A stretch of 64,000 nt of DNA from an uncultured Chloroflexia bacterium (GTDB lineage: Bacteria > Chloroflexota > Limnocylindria > Limnocylindrales > CSP1-4), in the NCBI GenBank assembly GCA_963744115.1, contig CAVUSI010000003.1, forward strand, positions 1,480,932 through 1,544,931, written 5' to 3'. Both the position numbers and the translations under genes were made by a program. A model generated the notes under the pieces. That model was not told the origin of the DNA, searched no databases, and saw nothing but the letters and a program-made list of their open reading frames with translations. Positions 35,979 to 45,533 of the stretch are shown here, in pieces; position 1 is the first letter of the stretch; every line of letters begins with the position of its first letter.

Positions 35979-36977
35979 GTGAGTGACGCGGTGCCGACCG
36001 ACATCCTGGCGCTGGCCGAGGCTCGATCGGCCGCCCGAGCAGCCGCCGACTGGGACGAGGCGGATCGGTTACGGACGGAGATCGAGGGTGCAGGCTGGAA
36101 GGTCGTCGACGCCGGGACGAGCTTTCGCCTGTCGCCGGCCACGCCACCCGACGTGGTCGAGTCGGACCGGGTCCGCTACGGGGCCAGCACGTCGGTCCCG
36201 TCGCGGCTTGGAGAGCCGGCGGCGATCGGCGCGACGGTGATCCTTCGGGCGACCGATCATCCCGACGATGTCGACCGGGCGCTCGGCGGCCTGCGCGCGC
36301 ACGCACCGGAGGGCACGCAGGCGGTCGTCGTCGCCGACGCCCCGTCCCGGTCGCAGTCCGAGCGACTCGAGGATCCGTCGAGTCCCGGCCTCGGTCCCAT
36401 CGGCGGGATGGATCTCGAATGCGTCTGGCTGGCGACCCGGCTCGGCGACGCGGGCGCACTCAACGCCGGGATGCGCCGGGCTCGGACCGGCATCGTCATC
36501 CTGCTGGACGCCCGGGTCGAGCCGGTCGCCGACGCGATCTCGCCGCTGGTCCGGGCGCTCGACGATCCGACCGTCGCCGTGGCAGGTGCCTGGGGCAGCT
36601 CGACGACCGACCTCCGACGCTTCACGGCGGCGCCTCCGGGGGATGTCACCGTGATCGACGGGGGTGTGCTCGCGTTCCGGCGCGACGAGGTGCTCGCACG
36701 AGGACCGCTCGACGAGGCGTTCCGAACGGGACGCCACCTCGAAGCGTGGTGGAGTCTCGTCCTGCGCGATGCGGGGGAGGGGACCGCTCCTCGCCGCGCC
36801 ATCCGACTCGCCGACCTGCCGCTCGTCCATCACGACCACCCCGACGACGACGGTTTCGGGCCGGGCGAGCGGAGGCGCCTCGACAAGCGCGCCTTCTACC
36901 GGCTGGTCGACCGGTTCGGCCGGCGGCTCGACCTGATCGTCGTTGCGGAAGGCGTTCCAGGGCCCAGGGGAGCCTGA
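35979..36977 (+). CDS. glycosyltransferase-like (GT-A fold) protein with N-terminal CysRS-C-terminus-like helical motif
   Basis: 332-aa ORF. N-terminus is LALAEARSAARAAADWDEADRLRTEIEGAGWKVVDAGTSFRL. The middle region resembles GT2 (TVILRATD...; ALNAGMRRARTGIVILLDARVE). Confidence 0.5.
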   Translation: MSDAVPTDILALAEARSAARAAADWDEADRLRTEIEGAGWKVVDAGTSFRLSPATPPDVVESDRVRYGASTSVPSRLGEPAAIGATVILRATDHPDDVDRALGGLRAHAPEGTQAVVVADAPSRSQSERLEDPSSPGLGPIGGMDLECVWLATRLGDAGALNAGMRRARTGIVILLDARVEPVADAISPLVRALDDPTVAVAGAWGSSTTDLRRFTAAPPGDVTVIDGGVLAFRRDEVLARGPLDEAFRTGRHLEAWWSLVLRDAGEGTAPRRAIRLADLPLVHHDHPDDDGFGPGERRRLDKRAFYRLVDRFGRRLDLIVVAEGVPGPRGA

Positions 36978-36994
36978 CGGGCTACACTCCGGCC

Positions 36995-38608
36995 ATGCGC
37001 CGCCAGGGGGGCCGCCACCTTCGCCGCTCCACGGTCAGGCGCCTCGGGCCACTGGCCGCTGCCGTCCTGCTCGGCCTGGTCGTCGGCGCTGGGCCGGGTC
37101 CGGCCGGCGGACCGTCGGCGGTCGCCGCCGCAGCCAGGGATGACGTCAAGATCCTCGTCGGCACGCCGGCCGACCTCGACCCCGCGCTCCAGGGCGACAT
37201 CGGCAGCGCGGTCGTCGGCTCCCAGCTGTACGAGAGCCTCACCGCGTTCGACCCGGGACTGGTCCTTCGTCCCGCTCTCGCGGAGTCCTGGGACGTCCTC
37301 GACGGCGGGCGCCGGATCGTCTTCCATCTTCGCGATGGTCTGACCTTCTCCGACGGCACGCCGCTGACCGGGGACGACGTGGTCCGGAGCTGGCTTCGGA
37401 TCATCGATCCGAAGCGACCGTCCCCGCTCGCCTCGCTGATGTCGGACGTCGCCGGTGCCGACGCCTATCTTCACGGCACGTCGACGGATCCATCGACCGT
37501 CGGGCTCACGGCGACCGGCAACGATATCGAGGTCCGGCTGAGCCGACCGGCCACCGACTTCCCGGCCATCGCCTCGGGCCCGACGTTCGCGGTCGTCCCC
37601 TCCAGCCTCGGCGCCGGGGCCGATCCGGTCCAGCCCGGCGACGGCTTCGTCGGGAGCGGCGCCTACCGGCTGACCGATCAGACCGCGACCGAGCTGACCC
37701 TGACGGCCAACGACCACTACTGGGCGGGCAAGCCCGCGATCGGGACCGTCCACCTCATCACCAGTCTCGGCGGTCGCAGCCCGGTCCAGGTCTTCGAGGA
37801 CGGCGACATCGACTACGCTCCGATCGGGGACTACGACGCCAACTGGATCCGCTACGACAAGACGCTCGGGCCGGCACTGCGCACGGTCCCTTCGGCCGGT
37901 CTCACCTACTTCGGGTTCGACGCGAGCAAGCCGCCATTCGACGACGTGCGGGTCCGCCAGGCATTCGCCTGGGCCGTCGACTGGAAGCGGATCGTCGCGC
38001 TGGCGGACGGCACGAGCTCGACCCCGGCGACGAGCATGGTCCCGCCCGGGATCCCCGGACGGAGCGACAAGGACTTCAGCCCGAAGCACGACCCCGAGGC
38101 CGCCCGGGCCGCCCTCGCGGCGGCGGGATTCCCCGGCGGCGCCGGGTTCCCGGAGGTCACCCTGGTCAACGGTTCGGGCTACGACCAGGCGGTCATCGCC
38201 GATCTCGAGCGCGAGCTCGGCATCCACCTCAAGTCCGAGACCTGGGACGACTACTTCCAGCGCCTCGGGACCGATCCGCCGGCGTTCTGGTCCCTCGGCT
38301 GGGTCGCCGACTACCCAGGCCCGAACGACTTCCTGGGTCTCCTGCTCAGCAAGGGCAGCACCAACGACTACGGTCGGTGGGACTCGCCCGAGTTCGATCA
38401 GGCGATCGCCGACGCAGCCGCCGCGACCGACCCGGTCGCGGTCCGAGCGGCGTACGACCGGGCGGAGTCGATCGTCCAGCGCGACGTCCCCGTCGTCCCG
38501 CTCGCCTACGGCGACGGTTACGCCCTGGCGCGCGACGGCCTGCTCGGTGCGACCGAGAGCGGGCTCGGGATCATGCGCCTTGCCGGCCTCGACTGGGCGA
38601 ACAAGTGA
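36995..38608 (+). CDS. ABC-transporter family-5 substrate-binding protein (peptide/nickel type), orphan
   Basis: ORF 36419..38608 trimmed to the ATG at 36995. Has a signal peptide and SBP_bac_5-like motifs (LYESLTAFDP...LRPALAESW; FHLRDGLTFSDGTPLTGDDV; ADYPGPNDFL). No permease or ATPase genes are adjacent. Confidence 0.8.
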   Translation: MRRQGGRHLRRSTVRRLGPLAAAVLLGLVVGAGPGPAGGPSAVAAAARDDVKILVGTPADLDPALQGDIGSAVVGSQLYESLTAFDPGLVLRPALAESWDVLDGGRRIVFHLRDGLTFSDGTPLTGDDVVRSWLRIIDPKRPSPLASLMSDVAGADAYLHGTSTDPSTVGLTATGNDIEVRLSRPATDFPAIASGPTFAVVPSSLGAGADPVQPGDGFVGSGAYRLTDQTATELTLTANDHYWAGKPAIGTVHLITSLGGRSPVQVFEDGDIDYAPIGDYDANWIRYDKTLGPALRTVPSAGLTYFGFDASKPPFDDVRVRQAFAWAVDWKRIVALADGTSSTPATSMVPPGIPGRSDKDFSPKHDPEAARAALAAAGFPGGAGFPEVTLVNGSGYDQAVIADLERELGIHLKSETWDDYFQRLGTDPPAFWSLGWVADYPGPNDFLGLLLSKGSTNDYGRWDSPEFDQAIADAAAATDPVAVRAAYDRAESIVQRDVPVVPLAYGDGYALARDGLLGATESGLGIMRLAGLDWANK

Positions 38609-39987
38609 TGCCTGGACGACGGCTCGGTCGAGTGGGCTGGCTCGTGGGCGTCGCGTTCGCGTCGGCTTCGGTCTGGCTGGCGCCCGGCGTGCCCGGCCCG
38701 GTGTCGGCGGCGGATCCTGCGTTCGGGACGCCGACCGCATCGGCCGAGTACGGCAAAGGCGTCACCTTCGAGCAGCCGTTCACCCCGACCAGCGAGGTCG
38801 AGCGCGTCGAGGTCCTGGTGACCACGCCTGGGACCGTCGGGCCCTTCGTGAGCTCGGTGAAGGCGCCCTCGTGCTGCCAGCCGACGACGCTCACCTTCGA
38901 CCTCCTCGACGCCGACGAGCACCTCGTCCCGAACACGCGGTTCACGGCGCAGTGGCGGGTGACCGACGCCGACGGCAGCGTCCGCCTCAGCGAGCCGACT
39001 TCGGTCCTCTACAAGGACACCCGGTTCGACTGGAAGACCGTGACCGGTCCGGTCGTTCGCGTCCACTGGTATGACGGCCCGACGGACTTCGGCAAGCGCG
39101 CCCTCGACATCGGCGAGAAGGGCGTCGACGACGCCGCCAAGCTGCTGGGGGTCACCGAGACCGAGCCGGTCGACTTCTACATCTACGCCGACCAGGCGGC
39201 GTTCTACGATGCCCTCGGGCCGGGGACCCGCGAGAACGTCGGGGGCGAGGCGCACGCGGACATCCGGACGATGTTCGCCCTGATCAAGCCCGATGAGATC
39301 GACGCGACGTGGGTCTCGACGGTCGTCCCGCACGAGCTGACCCACCTCGTCTTCAACACCGCGGTCAAGAACCCGTATCACTTCCCGCCGCGGTGGTTGA
39401 ACGAGGGCCTCGCCGTCTACCTGTCCGAGGGATACGGCGACTCGTGGCGGTCCGCGGTCGACGATGCGATCCGGGGCGACGGGATCATCCCGCTCGATGG
39501 GCTGACCGGGCAGTTCCCCACCACCCGCGACCAGTTCTTCCTGGCGTACGGCGAGAGTGTCTCCGCCGTCGACTACCTCGTCCGGACGTTCGGACGTGAT
39601 GCGTTGGTCAAGCTGGTCCGGTCGTATGCCGATGGGGTGACCGATGACGAGGCGTTCACGGCGGGGATCGGTCGGGACGTGGCGACGTTCCAGAAGGGCT
39701 GGCTGGAGGACCTCGGAACGACTCTGCCCGCGGCGGTCGGGCCCCGTCCCGGGCCGGTGGGGCCGCTGCCGTCGGGCTGGAGCGGTGCACCGGACCAGCC
39801 GACCGCACCCGCCGCGGGCCCGACCGCGCCCGGGACACCGCCGGCCACGCCGACGCCGCCGTCGAGCGGAGACGATGTCGGCCCGGCGGTGCTCATCGTC
39901 CTGGCGATCATCCTCGTCGTCGTCGGCTTTGAGTTCGTGCGGCGTCGTCGCTCAGACGCCGCTCCCGGGAGCGGGGACCAGCCGTGA
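38608..39987 (+). CDS. MA-clan zinc metallopeptidase (peptidase_MA_2-like) with C-terminal TM anchor
   Basis: ORF 38377..39987 trimmed to the ATG at 38608, giving a TGATG overlap with the SBP gene. Has a signal peptide, the HELTH zinc motif (VVPHELTHLVFN...WLNEGLAVY), a Pro-rich linker and a TM helix (AVLIVLAIILVVVGF). Confidence 0.75.
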   Translation: MPGRRLGRVGWLVGVAFASASVWLAPGVPGPVSAADPAFGTPTASAEYGKGVTFEQPFTPTSEVERVEVLVTTPGTVGPFVSSVKAPSCCQPTTLTFDLLDADEHLVPNTRFTAQWRVTDADGSVRLSEPTSVLYKDTRFDWKTVTGPVVRVHWYDGPTDFGKRALDIGEKGVDDAAKLLGVTETEPVDFYIYADQAAFYDALGPGTRENVGGEAHADIRTMFALIKPDEIDATWVSTVVPHELTHLVFNTAVKNPYHFPPRWLNEGLAVYLSEGYGDSWRSAVDDAIRGDGIIPLDGLTGQFPTTRDQFFLAYGESVSAVDYLVRTFGRDALVKLVRSYADGVTDDEAFTAGIGRDVATFQKGWLEDLGTTLPAAVGPRPGPVGPLPSGWSGAPDQPTAPAAGPTAPGTPPATPTPPSSGDDVGPAVLIVLAIILVVVGFEFVRRRRSDAAPGSGDQP

Positions 39988-40745
39988 GCGTCGCGACCCG
40001 GTTCCGATCCATCGCGGGCTGGCAGATCACCCTCGGGGTCGCGCTCCTGTCGCTGGGGTTCCTGATCGCCGCCCAGCTCAGGAGTGAGACGCCCCGGGTC
40101 AGCTACGCCACGAACGAACGGGTGCCGTTGGTCGAGACGGCCCAGGGTCTCCAGACCCAGCAGGACGCCCTCAAGCAGCACCTGCTCGACCTGCGGGCGT
40201 CGATCCAGGGCGCGGAGTCGCAGGGCCAGGGCAGCGCCGCGGCCGTCCAGCAGCTCGACGACCAGCTGCGGCAGGCACGGATCGAGGCGGGCCTGACGGC
40301 GCTCCAGGGGCCGGGCCTCGTTCTCCAGCTCCGCGACTCGACGAACGTCGTGCCGCCGGGCGGCAACCCGACCGATTACCTCGTCTCCGCCCGGGACATC
40401 CGGACCGTCGTCGAGGAGCTCTGGCTGTCCGGCGCGGAGGCGGTCTCCGTCAACGGCGAGCGGGTGGCGTCGGCGACCGCGATCATCGACATCGGCGGGT
40501 CGGTGCTGCTCAACGCCGCGTACCTATCGCCGCCATACCAGATCTCAGCGATCGGGCCGTCCGACCTGTTCGATCAGGTCAACGGTTCGGCCGGCTTCCG
40601 GGACTTCATCCGGATGCGGGTCGAGGCGTTCGGCCTCCAGGTCGGCTTCGCCGAGCCCAAGGACGTGCTCATCCCGGCCTACGCCGGGACCATCAACCTG
40701 CGCTACTCGCGGCCGGTCGTCCCGCCGTCGAGCCCGGGTCCCTGA
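39984..40745 (+). CDS. DUF881 domain protein
   Basis: 253-aa ORF. N-terminal TM helix, a coiled segment, and then LQGPGLVLQLRD...DIRTVVEELWLSGAEAVSVNGERV. GTGA overlap with the upstream gene. Confidence 0.8.
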   Translation: MSVATRFRSIAGWQITLGVALLSLGFLIAAQLRSETPRVSYATNERVPLVETAQGLQTQQDALKQHLLDLRASIQGAESQGQGSAAAVQQLDDQLRQARIEAGLTALQGPGLVLQLRDSTNVVPPGGNPTDYLVSARDIRTVVEELWLSGAEAVSVNGERVASATAIIDIGGSVLLNAAYLSPPYQISAIGPSDLFDQVNGSAGFRDFIRMRVEAFGLQVGFAEPKDVLIPAYAGTINLRYSRPVVPPSSPGP

Positions 40746-40749
40746 CGCC

Positions 40750-41424
40750 ATGCGCAAGCGCAACAGCCAGCTCACGATCGCCGCGGTCACGATGCTGCTC
40801 GGGCTGCTGGTCGTCGTCCAGCTCCGCTCGCAGTCGATCGGGACCGGGCTCGAGGCGCTGTCCGCCCAGAACCTGACGGTCCTCGTCGCGAACCTCAATA
40901 CCCGGAACGATCAGCTTCGGACCGAGATCGCGACGACCGAACGCGAGCTGGCGGACCTCCAGGGCGCGCGGTCGCGCGGCGAGTCGTCCGTCGACCAGCT
41001 CCGCCTCGACCTCGCGCGCGTCCGCGCCTGGACGGGCCTCGACGCCGTGACCGGCACGGGAGTCCGGGTGACCGTCGACGGGATGATCGCCGGGACCGGC
41101 GTCCAGGACCTGCTCAACGAGCTGCACAACGCCGGGGCAGAGGCGCTGGCCGTGGCCGACGTCCGGGTCGTGCCCGGGACGGTCGTGGCGGGGCCGCCGG
41201 GAGCACTGTCGGTCGAGAACACCGCCCTGTCCAACGGGTTCGAGATCACCGCGCTCGGCAACCCGGCGACGCTGACCGGCTCGCTGACCCGCGCCGGCGG
41301 CATCGTCGCCCAGCTCGCGGCGACCTACCCCCAGGTCCAGATCACCGTCCTGCCGGTCGACGTCGTCGAGATCCCGGGGACGACCCGGGACCTCCTGCCG
41401 GCGCACGGCACGCCCCGGCTCTGA
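40750..41424 (+). CDS. DUF881 domain protein (second copy)
   Basis: 224-aa ORF with the same architecture (VTGTGVRVTVDG...LLNELHNAGAEALAVADVRV). Confidence 0.8.
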   Translation: MRKRNSQLTIAAVTMLLGLLVVVQLRSQSIGTGLEALSAQNLTVLVANLNTRNDQLRTEIATTERELADLQGARSRGESSVDQLRLDLARVRAWTGLDAVTGTGVRVTVDGMIAGTGVQDLLNELHNAGAEALAVADVRVVPGTVVAGPPGALSVENTALSNGFEITALGNPATLTGSLTRAGGIVAQLAATYPQVQITVLPVDVVEIPGTTRDLLPAHGTPRL

Positions 41425-41451
41425 TACCCTCCCGGCCGATGCGAACCGCAG

Positions 41452-41703
41452 ATGACTGAGCACCGGCCGATCCCGTTCCTGCTGGGCGACGTGGTCCGGC
41501 TGCGCCGACCGCACCCGTGCGGCGGGTCGACCTGGCTCGTCGACCGTCTCGGCGCCGACCTGGGACTTCGCTGCACGACCTGTGGACGCCATGTCCTCAT
41601 CGCCAGGTCCGGTGTCGAGCGTCGACTCGTCGGATTCGAGGGACGCGGCGACGTCGCGCGGAGCGAGGCCGTCACTCCCCATCCACGGGACGCGGCGACG
41701 TGA
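41452..41703 (+). CDS. DUF951 family small protein
   Basis: 83-aa ORF with the motif GDVVRLRRPHPCGGSTWLVDRLGADLGLRCTTCGRHVLI. Confidence 0.7.
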   Translation: MTEHRPIPFLLGDVVRLRRPHPCGGSTWLVDRLGADLGLRCTTCGRHVLIARSGVERRLVGFEGRGDVARSEAVTPHPRDAAT

Positions 41704-43193
41704 CCGAGCGCGACGCCGAGCTCCTGCACCCGCCCGAGCGCTCGACCATCCCGCCGCCACCGTTGTCGGCGATCGAGACGCCACCGGCCTCGGACGGGCA
41801 CGGGCTGATGGCGCCCGACGACGACGGGACGACGGCCCGGGCCGACCCCCGCTACGACGCGGCCGAGGACGAGCCGGCCGACGGCGGCAGCTCCAATGCG
41901 CTGGCGGTCCTCCGGAATCGCAACTTCCTGCTCCTCTGGCTGTCGCAGGCATCGACCCAGATCGGCGGCAACATGGTCGTCTACGGCCTGACCGTCCTCA
42001 TCTACTCCGCCACGAAGTCGAACTCCGCGGTCAGCCTGCTGCTGCTCACCTTCCTGGCGCCGGCGGTCTTCTTCTCGGCGATCGCCGGCGTCTATGTCGA
42101 CCGGCTCGATCGTCGGGTGATCCTGATCGTCACCAACCTCCTCCGGGCGGTCTTCTTCGCCCTCGTCTACGTCGCATCCGGGAACGTCCTGGCGATCTTC
42201 ATCCTGAACATCGCGATCTCGACGGTCACGACGTTCTTCGCCCCGGCCGAGGCCGCGATGATCCCGGTCCTCGTCGAGCGGCGACAGCTGCTGGCCGCGA
42301 ACGGCCTGTTCACGTTCACCCAGAACGCCGCGTTCGCACTCGGCTTCGCGCTCCTCGGGCCGCTCGTCGTCAACCTGGCCGGACCCGAGGCGCTGATCCT
42401 GACTGTTGCCGGCCTGTACCTCGTGGCGTCGGTCTTCACGATCATCCTGCCATCGGTGCCCGGAACCAAGTCGGGGCTTGCCGCCAGGGACACCGAGCGG
42501 GCCGTCGCCACCATCGTGGCCGAGCTGCGCGAGGGATTCAGCTACATCCGGACGCACCGGAACATCAGTTGGTCGCTCATCTACCTCGGGGTCACGGCGT
42601 CGCTCATCGGGGTTCTCGGCGTCCTAGGGCCGGCCTTCGCCACGGATGCGCTGGGGCTCGCCCCGAAGGACTTCGTGGTCGTCGTCCTCCCGCTCGGGAT
42701 GGGGATCGTGACGGGCATCCTGCTGCTCAACAGCTACGGCAAGTACTTCCCGCGACGCCGGGTGATGGAGGGCGGTCTGGTCGGACTGGGCGTGCTGCTG
42801 ACCGCCCTGTCGGCAGCGGGTCCGATCACCCGCTTCCTCCAGCGAGCCGAGTCGATCAGCCCGGTCGACGTCTCGGGCATGGTGTCGTTGCTGGCCGTCG
42901 TCGTCGGCATCGGGTTCCTGGCCGGCATCGCCTACGCCCTCGTCGCGATCCCGGCCCAGGTCGGCCTGCAGGAGGAGCTCCCCGAGGAGGTCCGGGGCCG
43001 GGTGTTCGGCGTCCTGAACATGCTGGTGTCGGTCGCCAGCTTCGTACCGATCATCATCGTCGGCCCGCTGTCCGACAACTTCGGGACGACGGTCGTGCTG
43101 GTGGTCGTCGGTCTGGCGGTGACGCTGACGGGAGTCGTGTCGGTCATCGCCCACCGCCCCCACCCAGCGGCGTCCGCCGACGCCGGTGCCTGA
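41700..43193 (+). CDS. MFS transporter (EntS/YbdA-like)
   Basis: ORF 41517..43193 trimmed to the GTG at 41700 (GTGA overlap). Motifs FLLLWLSQASTQIGGNM and AGVYVDRLDRRVILIVTNLLRA are present, with 12 TM helices. Confidence 0.8.
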   Translation: MTERDAELLHPPERSTIPPPPLSAIETPPASDGHGLMAPDDDGTTARADPRYDAAEDEPADGGSSNALAVLRNRNFLLLWLSQASTQIGGNMVVYGLTVLIYSATKSNSAVSLLLLTFLAPAVFFSAIAGVYVDRLDRRVILIVTNLLRAVFFALVYVASGNVLAIFILNIAISTVTTFFAPAEAAMIPVLVERRQLLAANGLFTFTQNAAFALGFALLGPLVVNLAGPEALILTVAGLYLVASVFTIILPSVPGTKSGLAARDTERAVATIVAELREGFSYIRTHRNISWSLIYLGVTASLIGVLGVLGPAFATDALGLAPKDFVVVVLPLGMGIVTGILLLNSYGKYFPRRRVMEGGLVGLGVLLTALSAAGPITRFLQRAESISPVDVSGMVSLLAVVVGIGFLAGIAYALVAIPAQVGLQEELPEEVRGRVFGVLNMLVSVASFVPIIIVGPLSDNFGTTVVLVVVGLAVTLTGVVSVIAHRPHPAASADAGA

Positions 43194-44535
43194 TCGGACG
43201 CCGACCGCCTGGCGGTTGGTGTCCGTCGGGGTCCTCGCCGGAGGGCTCGCCTGCGGGACCGCCGCCGGGTCCGTCGGCGGGGCTCGCCGGCTCGTGGTCC
43301 TGGCCGCGACGGTCGCCGGTGGCTACGTCCTGCCACTGGCGCTCGCGGGTCGTCGGCCACCGATCGCCCCCGGAGCGGCGCCGCTCGATCCGGCCGCAGC
43401 GAGCTGCACGTTCACGGTCCTCGTCGCAGCCCGCGATGAGGCCGGCGTCGTCGGCGCCCTCGTCCGCGACGTCGCCGCCCAGGATCATCGAGCAGCCGGC
43501 GGTCTGCCGCTGTTCGACCTCGTCGTCATCGACGACCGGTCCGACGACGGGACCGGAGCCGCGGTGCTGGAGGCGGCGCGCGAGGCTGGGATCGGGGCGA
43601 TCACGACCGTCGTTCGGCGTGACGGACCGGATCTGCCGGATGGCAAGGGAGCGGCGTTGACCGCCGTCCAGCCCGAGGCCTGCCGTGGTGACGTGATCGT
43701 CGTGCTCGATGCGGATGCACGCATCGGCCCGACGTTCCTCCGCCGCCTGGCGGCGTACGTCGACGCCGGCGCCGGGGCGATCACCGCCCGCCGCCGGGTG
43801 ATCGACGCGGACGCCGGCTGGCTGGCCGGCGCCCAGGCGGACGAGCAGACCCTCGACGGCGTCATCCAGCGCGGCCGCTGGGCGCTCGGCGGCTGCTCGG
43901 AGTTCCGTGGCAACGGGATCGTCGTCCGACGCGACCTGCTCGCCGCGGTCGGAGGATGGCGGGCGGAGGCGCTGACCGAGGACCTCGACCTGTCGAGCCG
44001 GCTCGCCGCCCGAGCCGGCGTCAGGGTGGCCTGGGCGATCGACGCCGAGGTCTGGGAGGAGCCGGTCCGGAGCGTCGCCGCGCTGTGGCAGCAGCGGCTG
44101 CGCTGGGCGGAGGGCGGCCTGCGCCGGGTCCTCGAGCACGGCCCGGCGGTCCTGCGCAGCCGGCATCTCGGCTGGTACGCCCGCGCCGACTTCGCGACGT
44201 ACGCCGGTCAGCTCGCGGTCGCACCCCTCATCCTCGGCGCGGTCGGTGGTGGGCTCCTCCGACGTCGACCTGCACCGGCGATCGTCCTCGTCGGCACGTA
44301 CCTGGCCGTCGGCAGCGTCCTGGCCTGGGACGGCCTGCGCTGGGAGACCGGCACCGACGGCGAACCCGTCCCGCCGGGACCGCGCGCCCGGCGGGCGCTT
44401 CGCGTCGGCCTGTTCGACGCGATCTGGCTGGGCGCCATCCCGGGCGCGATGTGGCGCCTGGCGACCCGGCGGGGAAGCGTGGGCTACGAGAAGATGCCGC
44501 ATGTCGGAGGTGGCGAGGGGGAGTGGGTGCGCTGA
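43186..44535 (+). CDS. processive family-2 glycosyltransferase (membrane-embedded)
   Basis: 449-aa ORF with the D, DxD and Q(Q)RLRW motifs (VVIDDRSDDGT; VLDADA; TEDLDLS; WQQRLRWAEG) and flanking TM helices. The start codon is uncertain. Confidence 0.75.
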   Translation: MPDRTPTAWRLVSVGVLAGGLACGTAAGSVGGARRLVVLAATVAGGYVLPLALAGRRPPIAPGAAPLDPAAASCTFTVLVAARDEAGVVGALVRDVAAQDHRAAGGLPLFDLVVIDDRSDDGTGAAVLEAAREAGIGAITTVVRRDGPDLPDGKGAALTAVQPEACRGDVIVVLDADARIGPTFLRRLAAYVDAGAGAITARRRVIDADAGWLAGAQADEQTLDGVIQRGRWALGGCSEFRGNGIVVRRDLLAAVGGWRAEALTEDLDLSSRLAARAGVRVAWAIDAEVWEEPVRSVAALWQQRLRWAEGGLRRVLEHGPAVLRSRHLGWYARADFATYAGQLAVAPLILGAVGGGLLRRRPAPAIVLVGTYLAVGSVLAWDGLRWETGTDGEPVPPGPRARRALRVGLFDAIWLGAIPGAMWRLATRRGSVGYEKMPHVGGGEGEWVR

Positions 44536-45533
44536 GCCGTGTCGCCGTCGTGTTCACCGGGGGGACGATCAGCATGGTCGTCGATCCGGTGGCCGGCGGC
44601 GCCGTGCCCGCGCTCGATGGCGCGGCGATCCTGGCCCGGACGCCCGGTCTCGACGCCATCGCGGAGGTGGTCCCGGTCGACCGCGGGCTGAAGCCCGCGA
44701 GCCACTGGACGTTCGCGGACCTGTCGGCGATCGCCCGCGAGGTGAGCGAACTCCTCACCGACGACCGCACGGATGGACTGGTCGTCGTCCAGGGCACCGA
44801 CACGATCGAGGAGACATCGTTCGCCCTCGACCTGCTGATCGACTCGACCAAGCCGGTCGTCGTGACCGGCGCCATGCGGAACGCCACCGCCCCCGACTAC
44901 GACGGCCCGGCCAACCTCCGCGACGCCGTCAGGGCTGCCGCGTCGACCGATCTCGCCGGGATGGGCGTGGTGGTCGTGCTCGCCGGCACGATCGAACCGG
45001 CCGACGACGTCACGAAGACGCATGCGACCGCGATCGACACCTTCCGCAGCCTCAATCTCGGCCGGCTCGGGCGGATCGTCGACGGAGCGGTCGTCGTCGA
45101 GCGTGCCCGGGGTGCCCGTCGCGAACCCGTCGAGGCACGGCGCCTGGCGGAGCCGATCCCGATCGTGACCGCGACGGTCGGCATGGACGCGGCGATCCTC
45201 GACGCGGTGATCGGCCTCCAGCCGGCCGGCATCGTGGTCGCCGCGACCGGCTCGGGGAACACCTCCCCGGAGCTCCTGGCGGCGGGTGAGCGGGCGATCG
45301 CCGCCGGGATCCCGGTGGTCCTCGCGAGTCGGGCCCCGGCCGGTCCGGCAGGGACCGGGTACGCCTTTCCCGGGGGCGGCGCGACGTGGGTCCGGGCGGG
45401 TGCGATGCTCGCCGGGACGCTCAGCGCACCGAAGGCTCGGATCGCCCTCGCCGTCGGCCTCGGGGCAGGGTTGCGGGGAGACCGACTCGCGCGGTTCATC
45501 GCCGGACCGCCGGCCCCCGCCGACCCGGGATGA
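44523..45533 (+). CDS. L-asparaginase (type I/Rhizobial-type)
   Basis: ORF 43956..45533 trimmed to the GTG at 44523. Motifs VVFTGGTISM, VVVQGTDTIEETS and PVVVTGAMR are present. Confidence 0.85.
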   Translation: MGALSRVAVVFTGGTISMVVDPVAGGAVPALDGAAILARTPGLDAIAEVVPVDRGLKPASHWTFADLSAIAREVSELLTDDRTDGLVVVQGTDTIEETSFALDLLIDSTKPVVVTGAMRNATAPDYDGPANLRDAVRAAASTDLAGMGVVVVLAGTIEPADDVTKTHATAIDTFRSLNLGRLGRIVDGAVVVERARGARREPVEARRLAEPIPIVTATVGMDAAILDAVIGLQPAGIVVAATGSGNTSPELLAAGERAIAAGIPVVLASRAPAGPAGTGYAFPGGGATWVRAGAMLAGTLSAPKARIALAVGLGAGLRGDRLARFIAGPPAPADPG

